From assembly GCA_028534125.1 (NCBI GenBank), contig CM052816.1:51462001-51526000 (forward strand): a DNA stretch of 64,000 nt. Reading direction: 5' to 3'. Shown piece after piece: positions 35,210 through 48,585 of the stretch (the first letter of the stretch is position 1; each line of letters opens with the position of its first letter). Position numbers and translations under genes: made by a program. This stretch comes from Lama glama. Taxonomy: Eukaryota. The notes below the pieces were generated by a model, which ran no database searches, was not told the DNA's origin, and saw only the letters and a program-made list of their open reading frames with translations.

Positions 35210-37050
35210 CTTTATTCATTTAAGAAACGCTGTCTCCTACGTGTCAGCCTCTGTTGAGCCCTCTTCAGTCAGAGCTGAGTAACGTAGTCTCTGCCCACCA
35301 GGAGCTTACTGTTCAGAAAAGGCTCACAGTCCACGCTTACCAGTGTGGGTGACACACACCGGGATGGGTATGCACAAGGTGCCGTGGGAATTCTGAAAAA
35401 GGGCCCTGAATCCAGCCCAAGGTTACAATACACTCAACATATTTCTAAGAGGATGTTTATTAAATGATAAATAAGCATTGACTGCATTGGGCGGGAGCAA
35501 GTAAAGAGTACTTTAGGGAGAGAGAGAAACATGTACAGAAACACAGAGGTGTTAAAGAATATGGTATGTTTGGTGAACTGCAAGAGAGTTGGTATGACCG
35601 GATATGCTGTCGGGGATAAGTCTGGCAAGTGAAACAGGAACTATTTCATGAACAAAACTGATCTTGAACTGGGAGATAAGCAGTTTTAAGCAGAAAAGTG
35701 GTATCGTCTGAAGTGCATTTTAGAAGAATCATTTCCAAGTAATATGGCAGGCGGAGTAAAGGGGGAGAAGATATGTTAAGAAGCCATTGTAATAAGTAAG
35801 ATGCTGTAATAATGCACCATTTTCCTACACTACTGGCAGTCCAGTGGCTGTCTTAGGATGTACAATACATAGGACTTGGTAGCTTAAATGTGGAAATAGT
35901 CAGGTTTTTAAGATGGCTGTAATTGTGAATAGAAGTTTTAGTCAGACTCCAAGGGACTACAGGAGAAAGAACAGATAGGTTAAGTAAGGAGGAAGCTGAT
36001 GAGTTCAGTTTGAGATGCTTTTCAGACCTATAGATGGAGATCTTTGGAAGGAAATTGGATATGTGGTTCTTGAGCTGGGTGGGCTTGGGGGTGGAGGGCA
36101 GATATCTAGGCTGGAGATATAGAATTGAGAAAGGATAGGGAGAGAGAAGTAACATTTGTAAGTAAAAGGTGCCAGTGTTTCAAGCATTGTGCCAGGCATC
36201 TTACTTATGTTGTATTTCATTCTTACAGTGCTGTGAAGTAGGTATTATCATCTCCATTTTAAGGATGAAGAAACTAAGGCTTTAGTAGGATAAGTAGTTT
36301 AGCTCAGTCTCACCTGTCAGACCTGGAATCTGAACTCAGGTTTAGCTCATTCTGTCTCTCTTTTTAGAAAATAACTTTATTGAGGTATGATATTCATGGA
36401 GAGAAGCATACATAAGTGTATAGCTTGGTGAATTTTCACTAACTGAACACAGCGCTGTAACCAGGCACCCACATCAAGTAAAAGAACATTACCAGCACTC
36501 CAGAAAGTTCACACATGTTCCCTCCCTCACCCCTGACCTGGCTTTTAACAACATAGATTAGTTTGGCCTGTTTTGCTCCATTTATGTTGCCCATTTTTCT
36601 TTGCTTGTATATCATTTGAAGCTGTGAGAATGAAGTCATTTCATGGAAATGTCCAGGGAGAAAGTGTGAAGAGATCAAAGATAGAAGTTTGGGGAATATT
36701 TAAGGAATGGGTTGAAAAGTTTGAGACTGAAAAGGAACACTAGAGCAATACGAGGGGACACTCGTAAAGAATTGGCATCACAGAAGTCAAGGAGGGGACT
36801 TTGGAGAATAGGGGCTGAGTTGCTATGCCAAAAATAGTAGAATGAATGAGGACGTTAGACAGGGGGTAGATGTTTAGAATAAGAGATCACCTGTTACCTT
36901 ACGGAGACTAGCTTCAGTGGAGTACACCCAGACTAAGACTCAGTGTGTTGAGGAGTTGGATACAGGCACAGAAGTGGAGACGTCAAATGTGGGCAGCCTC
37001 CACTTGAGAAAGGAAGCACAGAGAAGACTAACTGGAAGAGGATATAGATT
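35210..37050 (-). mobile_element. L2 LINE with nested MIR (~36150-36350) and L1M 3' fragment (~36360-36600)
   Basis: L2 motifs (gatgagttcagtttgagatgc, gatatctaggctggagatatagaattgaga, gtcatttcatggaaat); MIR core attatcatctccattttaaggatgaagaaactaaggc; L1 aataactttattgaggtat...aagaacattaccagcactccagaaagt. Confidence 0.7.
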
Positions 37051-37944
37051 TTCTGCTTGGGTAGTTTTGTATGAGGCCGGGGGTATTAGTTGGGGAATAC
37101 TGTTTGGTTTTATTATCTTGTAAAGAGGTTTTGTCAGTTGCTTTGAACCACTTTTTTTTCTATTACTAAAGGGTGACAATACTAGAATTCTCTAGGGGAC
37201 ATGGAAGGGAAAGAAGGCAGTAGGTAAAGTGGGTTTTAGCTTTAGTTAGATGAGCTTAGAAAGTGACTGAATTTTTTAAAATGATTTGTAGGATGAGATG
37301 AGATTCTTTGATGGGGTTACACTGCTAGCTTTGTCAACTGAGTTTTAAAAGCTTTTTAAAATCTTAGGAGATTAGAATAAAGGGAACATTTTCAAGTGAT
37401 GGCTGGGAAATGACTGTGGAATAGTTAAAAACAAAAAAAAACTTAATAGCTTTCTGCTGTGGCTACTAATCTGTAGGCTATTAGCCTTAAAGCAAAAGTT
37501 TGATGGGAAGGTATTGTTAAAAAATCTCCCCTGGTTAGCACATTGTATCTCTAAATTTCCTTTCTACTTTTAAAACTGGTAGAAGGGACAAACAAGAATA
37601 TTTGAGTAAAACTCCTGTTTACAGTGCACAACCGTACTTGTAAAAATACTTGGTTGTATGTAAGTAATAAATATTCAAAGTAAAAAATTTAAAAATACAG
37701 ATAAATAAAATGAAGAAAATAAAAATAACCATATAACATTCCTGATTTTTTCTGTATCCACACATGCATGTAAAAATTTTGTTATTACTTAATAAGAGAA
37801 ACATCAAAGCCAGCTGACTAAAAAGTACCCTTTTAAATAAAGAGAGGCAACAAAAGATAATATTTGTGGACAATTATGATTTTCCATTTCCCAGTAAATC
37901 TCTCCTCCAAAAACAAAAGTTTAAAAAAAGTGTTTAAAATGATT

Positions 37945-38330
37945 TACTTAATTCACTCGTGAAGCACGTATTCTAGGTTCTGCTCTGTACCAGGCACTGT
38001 ACAAGACGATGGGGCTACCACACTGAGTGGGATACACCCTGCCAGGGAGGTAAACAGGGCGTTGGACATAGGGAGTGGTTTGTGTTCAGAAATATAAGTA
38101 TGAGAGAGACTCTCATCCTTTGTAGAAACAGAAAGTTAAGTGGTGCTTTAGTTGTGTGTGTGTGTTTGCGGGGCCCGGGGGCGGGGGCTGCTGATTCTGG
38201 GAAGGTGGTGGAAGCTACAGAGATAAGCAACTGCTAGTTTCTGAAAGCCAGGCTAAGAATTCTGAATTCATCCTGAGACTACTTGGGGTTCAAGAGGGAA
38301 GTGCCTTGATCAGAGTTACTTTCTACCATC
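37945..38330 (-). mobile_element. L2 LINE 3' fragment
   Basis: ttaattcactc...ctctgtaccaggcactgt...aaagccaggctaagaattctgaattcatcctg. Confidence 0.55.
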
Positions 38331-41300
38331 TTGAAAACAGGAAACAAGTCATCTGGGATATTAAAGTAAATGTCAATTTCATTTTACCCAGACGTAAAAA
38401 AGAACAGATGGATTGATAAATATGTTTTGTTATTTGTAACAGAATAAGCTTGAGCTTAGAGGAAAACAAATGGACATAATAGAAATGATATAAAGTATGG
38501 TTTATTATTGATGTTCTGTTTTTATATATTTCATGATAAAAATTTGTAACATTTTTGCCTTCTCAGTAGAGTTTACAAAACATTTGTTGTCACTTGTAAA
38601 ATACTGATTCCTTATTATTTAGTTATTTAAAAGTACATCTGAATTAAAAAATTTAAAGTGTAAGTTAGAATTAGTTCTATATAACATCATTAATAGCGTA
38701 TTTGCCTTTTTACTTAAGTCTCATGACTTTCATTAGAGCTTTGAAACATAACTGACAGGATTAAGACTGGTTTTTTTATGTAGTTATAATAGATACAATA
38801 AATTAAGTTTTGTCAATATATATTTAATATAATTGCAATGTCCAACATGAAATGAATTAACCAAAGTTTACAACCATTGCTGTTCTAAGCAAAATTCTTA
38901 AGTACTATCATTTCATCATTAATTTAGCATGCTTATATTCATTTAAAATCAACAGTGAGGAGCATGTGCAGGTCAATTTGATTTTTCTCTTGAGAACTTG
39001 AATAAAGTAGCATTTATTTGAAAAATCTTCCAATAATGGCAGTGCTCTTGATATCAGTTGTAAAATAACCAGTTGTTGATTAGAGAGGCAATGATACTAC
39101 TGGCTTAAGAGTGTAGCATACCATCTTTAAATGTTTTCCTTATAAATAGTTCCTAAATATAGAAAAATATGTCTACTTAATAAGTTCATGAGTTTTTTCT
39201 AAGTCTGTTTCCTTTGCTGGTTAGTTGTCTGCATGGCATGTACTGAGAATTTATGTTATGGATAAACGTCTCTATCTATTTTGCTTGTGTTCTTGGCAAG
39301 GCTAGAAACTTTGAAATGTATAAGAGTTGTGTATGTGTTGTAGTAGCCTGCTGTCATTTAGAGTAAAGTAGAGGGAGGGAGATATTTGTGTCAAACTGTG
39401 AATGAAAACCAAGATGAAAAATACCTTACTTTAGGTTTACTAGCCCTTTAAAGTGTTAAAGATTACTTAGAGATATTTTGATACGTTGTCTGTTTTATCA
39501 CATTTTTTCTTATTGTTAATATGTAAGTGATACAACAAATTAAACAATGACCTGTTTATCCATATATTTAAAAAATTGTAAAAGGCAAAGAAGCAGGAAC
39601 AGGTTAGTGTTACTTTTCCATATCATCTACCAGTTCATTTAAGTAGCTTTAAATAAAATAAAGGGTCTTAACTCTCAATTCTAAGCAGAAAAAGTCATCC
39701 TTTTGTGCATTTACTTTAAATGAATAGGTATTTATGACATAGCAGTCACATTTCTCATGGCTTCTGTAGTTACATTTGATTTTTTTCAGATAATTGCAAG
39801 ACCGATGATTTAAAAATTTTTTTGAACTTCCTTTACAGGGCAGAAAACAAGTTTCATATCTTTTTAAATGCATACTTGAAATAAGTACTACTTAGTATTC
39901 TGGGCCCTATTTAGACAAAAATATCCACTGTGACAGGCTTATGGGAGATCTTTCAGTTTCCTGTATTATATTGCTACAGGCAAATACTGTCCAATTGTGA
40001 CATTTGCTTAGATCAAGGTGAATTATATAGAAAGAAAGAAAAAAGGAATCAATAAAATCTAGGGTTATTAATTTCTTAGATTTCCTAATAGATATGATCT
40101 GTCAGCAAAGTTGGAGGACTATAAAGAATAATTCTTGAGCTTGTTTGATTTTAAGTAATTCAGTTTAGGTAGATTATAATAAATTCACATTATGTGAAAC
40201 ATAGCTTATCAGAATACTTCAGTCTTGAGTCTAATGAGTTTCTACCTGTGTGGCTATAATGGAGATTTCTGATCCTTCTCTTCCAGCTGTTGATGTATGA
40301 TTGAGAATCCTACGATCGTGCTCTACTGTGACCAAGGGAGACTTATTTTTCTGTTTTAAAGTCGTGGGAGCCCTTTCTACTCTTCTGTTTGTTGATTACC
40401 ATATGACTAGGTCTCTTATCTGACTGACTGCAAAGTTAAAGTTATATTTTCCATTCAGTGGAGTCCAGAGGTGATTGGGCCTTGATATTTTTTCCTGTGG
40501 ATGACTGATAGTATTTTTACCTTGCTGATTGACATTGAAATGAGCTTAATAAGACCTTTATTATTGAGGGATTCTGGGCATATTTATTTTGCCTGACAAA
40601 GAAGGCTACAAATTTCACAAACTATTAGAATATTTTAGAAATTTAAATCTTTTGAAATTATCCAAGTTGGAGGATATTATAATTTGGAATTACTTTCTCA
40701 GACCTCTTTCCTTCCAGTGATGAGGGAATTATTCATTTAAACTTCTTAAAAGTAGAAGTTGAATGTTTCTTGAATATGGTGTTTTTCAAATTGTCTGAAA
40801 TGTTAAGATACCACTTAACCAGCAATGAATCAAGCTACTAAAATAGCTGAGGAGAGGGAGTATATGCTTTTTTTTTTTTTTAATGTTTACTAGAAAGCAT
40901 AAGGTGCACTATTTTATTGATAGGTGCATAGGTGCGCTCAATTTCACCTGTAGTCAATATTTCTTCTGTGTGAACCACTCAGAGTAACCAGACTGCAAAG
41001 CTTTTATGCCACATGTAAAAGCAGCATTCAGATTGCTTGTTTTACTTTTATTTATTTGCATATGCAATTTATTATATCTGTAAAAAGGGAAGTTCTTATA
41101 AAAAGCAACAAAACAGGAAAAACAAGCAAATCATCATTTCTTCTGGTGGATTATGATTCAGAGCTTAGTTTAAAAAATTAAGTTTGAAAGATTCCATTTA
41201 CTCTTGGTAGAGTTTTGACGGGAAGTTGAACATGTAAAAGCAAAACCATTTTATTTAAAATATTGAAAGCATTGTTTACAAGATACTAAGAGTTAGTTTA

Positions 41301-41845
41301 CACAGTACATTGGTGTTACTATTTATTGCATGTGTTGGATTCTAGGCTGTAAATTATTATTACTTTGTTGCATAAAGGCCAGTAACTTTTAGTATACGTT
41401 TATGTTGAAGTATTTACACACACTGTGGATCATGGATTACCATTTCATTTTGAAAAAAGGGAATTATAGTTTTCATATTTAGAAACTGAGGAAAAAATTT
41501 AAAAAATTAAAGAACCGGATGGTTTAACATCATATGCTATTAATTTTTGCATATTTTAGTTTCTGAAATAAATTTATATTATGATTCTGATTAAGTAGGT
41601 TCTTATGCTTTCGATACAGCATTTTGAGAATTGTTATTAAGGTTTTCTACTTCATAAAAGTGGATGATATCATAGATAACCTTGATTTGCCATAAAACAT
41701 CAAATCAAAGATCATCTTTTGAAGCCAATGTTAAGGCCTTGAAATCTAATGCTCCAATACATTGCCGTGTTAAAAAGGCAAAAGTTTTTGTTCTCCTGAC
41801 ATGATAATTAGAATAAAGATAGAACTTTTCGTTTCTCCATTTAAG

Positions 41846-42345
41846 NNNNNNNNNNNNNNNNNNNNNNNNNNNNNNNNNNNNNNNNNNNNNNNNNNNNNNN
41901 NNNNNNNNNNNNNNNNNNNNNNNNNNNNNNNNNNNNNNNNNNNNNNNNNNNNNNNNNNNNNNNNNNNNNNNNNNNNNNNNNNNNNNNNNNNNNNNNNNNN
42001 NNNNNNNNNNNNNNNNNNNNNNNNNNNNNNNNNNNNNNNNNNNNNNNNNNNNNNNNNNNNNNNNNNNNNNNNNNNNNNNNNNNNNNNNNNNNNNNNNNNN
42101 NNNNNNNNNNNNNNNNNNNNNNNNNNNNNNNNNNNNNNNNNNNNNNNNNNNNNNNNNNNNNNNNNNNNNNNNNNNNNNNNNNNNNNNNNNNNNNNNNNNN
42201 NNNNNNNNNNNNNNNNNNNNNNNNNNNNNNNNNNNNNNNNNNNNNNNNNNNNNNNNNNNNNNNNNNNNNNNNNNNNNNNNNNNNNNNNNNNNNNNNNNNN
42301 NNNNNNNNNNNNNNNNNNNNNNNNNNNNNNNNNNNNNNNNNNNNN
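41846..42345. other. Assembly gap (500 N)
   Basis: Run of exactly 500 N, probably a placeholder size. Confidence 0.99.
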
Positions 42346-42379
42346 TTTTTTTTTTTCATCGAACATTTGCCTTTAAATG

Positions 42380-42525
42380 AAGATGAAGTTTCAGTTTTGC
42401 CAGATGAGAAATTCTGGAGATCTGTTCCATAACAATGTGAATATACTTAACACTACTGACTTGTATACTTAAAAATGTTCAAGATGGTAAATTTTATGTT
42501 ATGTGATTTTTACTGCAATAAAAAA
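42380..42525 (+). mobile_element. L1 (L1MB-like) 3' end
   Basis: agtttcagttttgccagatgagaaattctggagatc...acaatgtgaatatacttaacactactga...atggtaaattttatgttatgtg...caataaaaaa. Confidence 0.85.
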
Positions 42526-43496
42526 TTTATTGGAAGTGATTTTTGAGGGGTTTACTTATTAAATAAATTTTCAGTGAGAAATAACCAAACGTAAAATGTT
42601 CATCATTTTGGTTCATTTCTTATCCAAAATGAAACTGCTGAAATTTTACCACTTGGGAGGAAGCTAAGTTAGTTACTTATATTTGGACTGAGCTATAAAA
42701 AGTCTAGTTTTATTATCAGAAGATTGTATTTCTTTAAAAAGTCTAGTCAATGATGTAAAGTTAAAAGATAAGATATAAATAAGAATTCTGTTACCAGAGA
42801 TTGAGTGTATTTCAGTTTGTCACTCTGAATGAGAAGCCTACTTTTTAGTCAGAGATAAAACTCAGGTAAGCCTGAATATTTTTAGAGTTACAGATGTGTT
42901 TTTGACTATGTAAAATTTATTTCAAAAATAGTTGTTCTGTAGCCATTTTTTGGTGATAAGAGTAAAGGGTTTGTTTTAAAATAGAGTAGAAAGTATGTAT
43001 TTGACAATAATTACGTATTTGGTGATGCCACATTCTTTGTGATGCGTTTTCATGTAACAGGATAGATATACAACATCTCAATTAAAGATCAACCAACCAC
43101 TCAAAAAAAAGCTAGTGATTTTTCTGTCTCCCACATATCTGAAGATTTATTTTATGCACCTATATTTTCTAAAATTATTACTGTTTAAGATTAAAAAGAG
43201 AGATTGATAATATGGGCCAATTGTTTAGAATTAGTTATTTTAAATTCTGTGGTTTAGTGTATTTCTCTATGTATGTAACTATCTGTTTATTTGTTTTGGC
43301 CGTAAGTGTAGAGGGTTAAGTTAGTAATACTCCTCAGTTGATGGCACAGTGTCATCTTTGGTCCATGTCAGGTCTTTCTACTCTTTAATCCATACTCATT
43401 CATTCATTCATTGAATCCTGTCTACTTCCATTCACTGTTTCTACAACCTGCAGCCCCATAGGAAACAATTTAGGTCTATTTATCTTAATGTGACTG

Positions 43497-43533
43497 CATA
43501 TGTGTGTGTATATATATATATGTGTGTGTGTAT
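43497..43533. repeat. (TG)n(TA)n(TG)n compound microsatellite
   Basis: catatgtgtgtgtatatatatatatgtgtgtgtgtat. Confidence 0.9.
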
Positions 43534-44547
43534 AGTCTCTATTTCTCACTACTTCAGTGGGGATTTACTATTTTACATTGTCTAACTGCTTGAGAATGTC
43601 TGTCTTCAAATTATTTCATTTTTTAAGAGAAGGAATCCAATCTATTTGAAGATAGTCTAGTTCAGATGAACTATTTAAGGATAAATATAACCTAATTTAG
43701 TGATTTATTATAAGTAAGTAAGTTTAACATGTTGAAAGCATTGAGAACTCTAGGAGAGTATATTACTCTTTTAACTCATTGGCTTCTTAAACTCAGTGAG
43801 TAATTAAAAGTTAAACTTCATTTTCCATTAAGCACCAAATTAATTCTTTGCAATTGGCTATAGCATTGCATAGGACCTCAAATGTAGTAGGGTTTCTATG
43901 AATGTATTGATTCCATTTGATGCCACATTTACCGGTTTGTAAATTGACTTGGTCGTTTGTAAAAGTTAATTCATTCTTGGGGAGGGCCTTAATATTTCAA
44001 TATGATTTGGACATCAGTCAAGGCACCAGAATTTATTTATTACAAAAGTGATAAAAGATGTGGTTTCTAGTTTACAATCTAGTTGGTGACAACATTGCCC
44101 CCTCAGTATTACTGCTTTTGATTCACACTACTGTTGCCTGTGGTAGGCATGTCAGGTTTATCTCCATTTTTAAAAAAGGAAGATTGAAACTGAAGACATG
44201 GGATGGCTTATACAAGTGTACTTTGCTATGAAGTCATCATAAGGAATAGGACTGGTATTTTCTGATTCCTAGCCCAGTGTTCTTAATTCTGAATCCATGT
44301 TTTCAAACTCTTCTTCAGAAAGAACTGAAGGAGGTGACAAATGAAATAAGGCCACCTTAGAGAAGCTCCAGTATTAGTATTTTTATATAGTGGGTAAAAG
44401 GTGATGTTTTATTTAAAAACAAGTGCTACTCCTTTTAACAAAACTTTGAAAATCATTGCTATGTATTGTTGCTTCTTTTGTTTTGGGATGGAAGTTCTGG
44501 GTCAAGTTAGTCAATGTTAACTCCATGAAAGAATGAGAAGAAAAGTG

Positions 44548-44825
44548 GAGATCACTTTGGGTAATATGGACATTTTTAACAATATTAGTTTATCCAATCC
44601 ATGAGCATGGAATGTTTCCCTTTATTTGTGTCTTTAATTTCTTTCATCAGTGTCTTTCAGTGTACAAAGCTTTCACTTCCCTTGTTACATTTATTCCTAA
44701 GTATTTTATTCTTTTAATGCTATTACAAATGGGATTTAAAAAAATTTTCTCTAAGAGTTGATTGTTAGTGTACAGAAATAATTTTTGTATATTGATTTTG
44801 TATCCTGCAGCTTTACTGAACTGAT
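44548..44825 (-). mobile_element. L1 ORF2 fragment (reverse-transcriptase C-terminal region, degenerate)
   Basis: ORF 44647-44868(-) contains FSKAAGYKINIQK..LYTNN...KRIKYLGINVTREVKALY, homologous to L1 ORF2p FSKVSGYKINVQKS.AFLYTNN...KRIKYLGIQLTRDVKDL; the homology continues across frameshifts. Confidence 0.9.
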
Positions 44826-44979
44826 AAATATTTATTGAATGAATGTTGAATAGATGATGAGTTATCAAGAGATGATTAATTTACATTCACTGTCCTCTGA
44901 GAAGAATCTTAATATTCATCAAAAGTATATACTTTTCCATAAAAATGATTTTGTCTTATTTTGTAATAGTGGTTGGAGT

Positions 44980-45165
44980 AACATAACCACGTTTTAAGGA
45001 ATGTGGTACCAGATTCTTTGCATGTGACTTCTTTAATGCCTACAACAACTTAGTGAAGTTAGTAGTATATCCCCACTTTATAGATGATGAAACAGTGCAC
45101 TTACTCAAAGCTAATAAGTGCAGAACTGAGATTTGAGCCTAGGTCTATAACTGAAGTCAGCATGA
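44980..45165 (-). mobile_element. MIR SINE
   Basis: tttaatgcctacaacaac...tatccccactttatagatgatgaaacag...gagatttgagcctaggtct. Confidence 0.7.
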
Positions 45166-45169
45166 CTGC

Positions 45170-45221
45170 TTTGCTGCTTCCTAAATTAATTTCACTCTAG
45201 TTTGCTGCTTCCTAAATTAAT
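45170..45221. repeat. 21-bp perfect direct repeat with 10-bp spacer
   Basis: tttgctgcttcctaaattaat at 45170-45190 and 45201-45221. Confidence 0.9.
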
Positions 45222-45759
45222 GCGTAAGTTGTCTGGAAAATTCGCTTCTGATGAACACTTAACCTTTCCAATGATGCTGGGTAAGTGAGGTGTTACTGTA
45301 ATAGGTGCTAATTGAATGGCGCAGAGAGTAAGTGCAAAAGAAAGAAGGAAAAGGTGTGTGCTGAAGTCATCAGAGAAGCTTCTTGGAGTATCTGTGGAGC
45401 TTCAGTTCTTTCAGTTGATGCTATGAAAGTGTTCAGAATACTGGACCTTGTAGGATATATGGGATAAAAATAAGTACTGTCGAGGAGAGGTGAGGTATTT
45501 CAGTTTGGAGAGAGTGCTTGAAGTCTTGGAGGTGTTGTGGATATCTAGAAAGAGGCAAGGACTAGTGTGACTGGAAGAGAGAATTTATATTGGAAAAAAT
45601 AGGTTATTTGTTGAAAAAGTGGATGAGGATGATTGGTGGCAGTATATAATATATAAAGAATTTAATTTTTTCTGTGGTTGCCGAGAACAGTGGCCCTGTG
45701 GGATAAAGTCGTACTTCAGGGAACTGCATCCGGGAGCTGTGTGCAGGTGTTAAGTTGGA

Positions 45760-45915
45760 GTAGTGCAGCACGGGTAGCACGTGAGTGAGAGTGGCACTAC
45801 TGGCCCTGGGCTTGAATCCCACCTCTTCTCCTTGCTGGCTTATGAGCTTGGAATTTTGTTTCACTTACTGTCCGTCAGTTTCTCCTCTGTGAAATGGGGA
45901 TTGAACAGTAGTATC
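45760..45915 (+). mobile_element. MIR SINE (followed by a MER5A fragment ~45925-45965)
   Basis: cctgggcttgaatcccacctct...ctggcttatgagcttgg...tcagtttctcctctgtgaaatgggga; then cccagagattctgattcgatgggtctagggtg. Confidence 0.7.
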
Positions 45916-46705
45916 CTTTGTCTAGTCCCAGAGATTCTGATTCGATGGGTCTAGGGTGCAGGGCAGGAGTACCCTCTCCTCCCGAGTCACTTTTAGTTAC
46001 TCCTCCTCTGTGATCCTAGAGCACTGTGTATTTGCTTAAGTTTTCTTTCTTGACCTCTGAAAAAATTAAACTTCTTAGGTAATGGCACACTATCAGCTTT
46101 GGCACATACAAAGCTCCTGTCTTGTTTTATTTTATTTAAAATAGTTCTCATTTATCCACTGTTTCAGTTTTCATTCTCTGCCTCCCAAGACATGCAGACT
46201 AATGTTTTTGGATGTGTGTGTATCTTTAAAAAAAAAGGCAGTGTTTTATGCACATATGTTTTTCATTTATATAAATGGTATTGTGCTATAGAATCACTCA
46301 ACTCTCTGAAAATGCCTTTTATGATGGAAAATTTCAAACATACAAATGTTGAGAGAATAGTATAACAAACTCCCATGTATCTATCATTCAGCATCCACAA
46401 TTATCCACTCATAGATAATTTTGCTTAATAAATATTTCCAACCTTTCTACAACTCCACCTCAACAAATTGTATTATTTCAAAGCAAATCTGAGGTTTTTT
46501 TTCTCCCCGTAAGTATTTCAGTGCTTAGTACAAAAAAGTATCCATTTGAATCTCTGAATGTATGTTTCACAACTTGAAATTGCTATAGGTATTTCAGCGT
46601 ATGTATCTACGACATCTTACTTGTCTGGTCCTCTGTGATGATCGCCTAGATTGCCTGTAACTTCGGGCTACTACAAACAACTCGTGATTTCCATTTCATA
46701 CCTGC

Positions 46706-47005
46706 CTTTTTTTTTTTTTAATTGAACTGTAGTTAGTTTACAATGTTGTGTCAATTTCTGGTGTACAGCATAATGTTTCAGTCATACATATACATATATA
46801 TATTCATTTTCATATGCTTTTTCATTATAGTTACTACAAGATAGTGAGTATAGTTCCCTGTGCTATACAGTATGAACTCATTGTTTATCTGTTTTATATA
46901 CAGTAGTTAGTATATGCAAATCTTAGGGCTCCTAATTTATCCCCTCTCATTCCCCCCGGGTAACCATCAGTTTATTTTCTATGTCTGTGAGTCTGTTTCT
47001 GTTTC
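46706..47005 (-). mobile_element. Younger L1 3' end (5'-truncated) with intact poly(T)
   Basis: T-run then aattgaactgtagttagtttacaatgttgtgtcaatttctggtgtacagca...tatagttccctgtgctatacagta...ggtaaccatcagtttattttctatgtctgtgagtctgtttctgttt. Confidence 0.85.
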
Positions 47006-47084
47006 GTATATGTCTTCTTAAGGACTTTTGGGAGAACTCTGATTTTCAAGGGTAAGAGAGTACTCATCACCTTCTGTCTCTGAT

Positions 47085-47255
47085 CTGTTTTATCTTTCTT
47101 CATAGTATTTATCACAACAAAACATAGTATATTAATTTTGATATGTATTTACTTATTTCTCTTGCTCAAGTTCCTTGATGGCAAGTGTCTTATCTGTGTT
47201 GTACACACCTATAACCCTAACACTTAAAAAAGTAATAAATATTTGCTGAATGAAT
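47085..47255 (+). mobile_element. L2 LINE 3' end
   Basis: ttcttcatagtatttatcaca...aagttccttgatggcaag...aataaatatttgctgaatgaat. Confidence 0.7.
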
Positions 47256-48585
47256 AGAGGTGAATTTGCTATTTATATCATTTGCCCATGTTCCCTGCTC
47301 AGTAGGGATTCTTTGAATATTCTTGACATTAATCCTTGTTGATTTTAGACATTGTAATATAATCTGTTTCATTGTTTGCTTGTTTTCTGAGTTGGAAGAG
47401 TTCTCCAGAAGTTAAGAACAATATTTGGGAAAATTTTTAGATCCTGTGATTCTGAAGCCTGATTTAGAAGGATTAAACAGTTGACTTATTTTGTTGCTGT
47501 GACTAACTGTCCCATCAAGTAGTGGTTTTAATGTTTTTCATGGAGTCCATCTAAACTTGATTAGAAGCTGGCAGATTTTAGGTCTCCTACTATTGTGACT
47601 ATTTTCTAAAACCCCTGAAAGTAGTATTAAGCTGAGTGGTTGATAAATATGCTAGAGAATGTGGAACCCAGCCTGTCTATATATCTGTATATCTGGTTGC
47701 TTTCTTCCCCACTTACTATGGTTTTAAAACTACTGTTCTACCTAATATTTTGTTTGGTAATGATTATATTATAAGCATGCTTGTGATTGTGAAAACAATA
47801 TAGCAAAAAGAAAACCCCTGGTTATTGATGTTACTTGTGTTTTTTGAACAGATCTAGTTTTACTTTTATGTGGAATAATCAGGCAGCATGTATAACACTT
47901 CAGCAGTGAAATACATCTTACCAGTTAAAAAAAATCAATGTAGAGATTTAGGTTTTTCCCATGGCTGAACATCTACTGCACTGAAGGATTGTTAAAGCCA
48001 AACTGTGAATTCTAAGAGTGCATGACTGATGGCATTTTAAAGTACGGCAAAAATTTTGTTCAGAAGCTTAGCAACAGAGGAGAGGGAGAGATAACCTTGG
48101 TATTTATCTAGTCAGCTTTCTTGCCTTTCTTCTAGACGACGATAAACACTAGTGATGTCTTTGAAATCCTGATGCATTATTTTTGCGTTCCTTTTGTTGA
48201 AATTTTATGCAAACATCTAAACAGTAGCTAACAGTCTAGCTTGAAAAGCCTAGCGTGTATACTTTAGCACCTGAAGCTTTAGTTCTAAATGATTCTGACA
48301 GCAGTAGTGCGCCTCTTTCAGAAGTTGTAACAGAGGCCGCGCCAGCATTTTGATGGGTTGTGATGCAGGTTTCAAGTTGTGGTGTAAACAACAGTGAGTA
48401 TGAGACCACGGGAAGACCATCTGGAGTGACTACTCTGATACATTTTGCACCGACGTGTGGTGGCGGTGACACAAGGTGGAGATGGGCTTGGTAGTGCTTC
48501 AAGGGCTTTTGCTTTAGGAAAACTGTGGAGCTCAGAACATGCCGTGTTACCAGAGTTAGGAAAAAAGTGCAGTCTGGATGAGCTC

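Noticed and set aside
40717..40798. Possible C/D snoRNA (GTGATGA ... CTGA about 80 nt apart)
   Set aside because: No convincing terminal stem, no rRNA/snRNA guide I can recognise, and a deep-intron position; such motif pairs arise by chance.
41770..42376. ORFs of 172-198 aa
   Set aside because: Artefacts of translating the N gap.
44647..44868. ORF with RT-like peptide as a host gene
   Set aside because: It is a frameshifted L1 ORF2 remnant.
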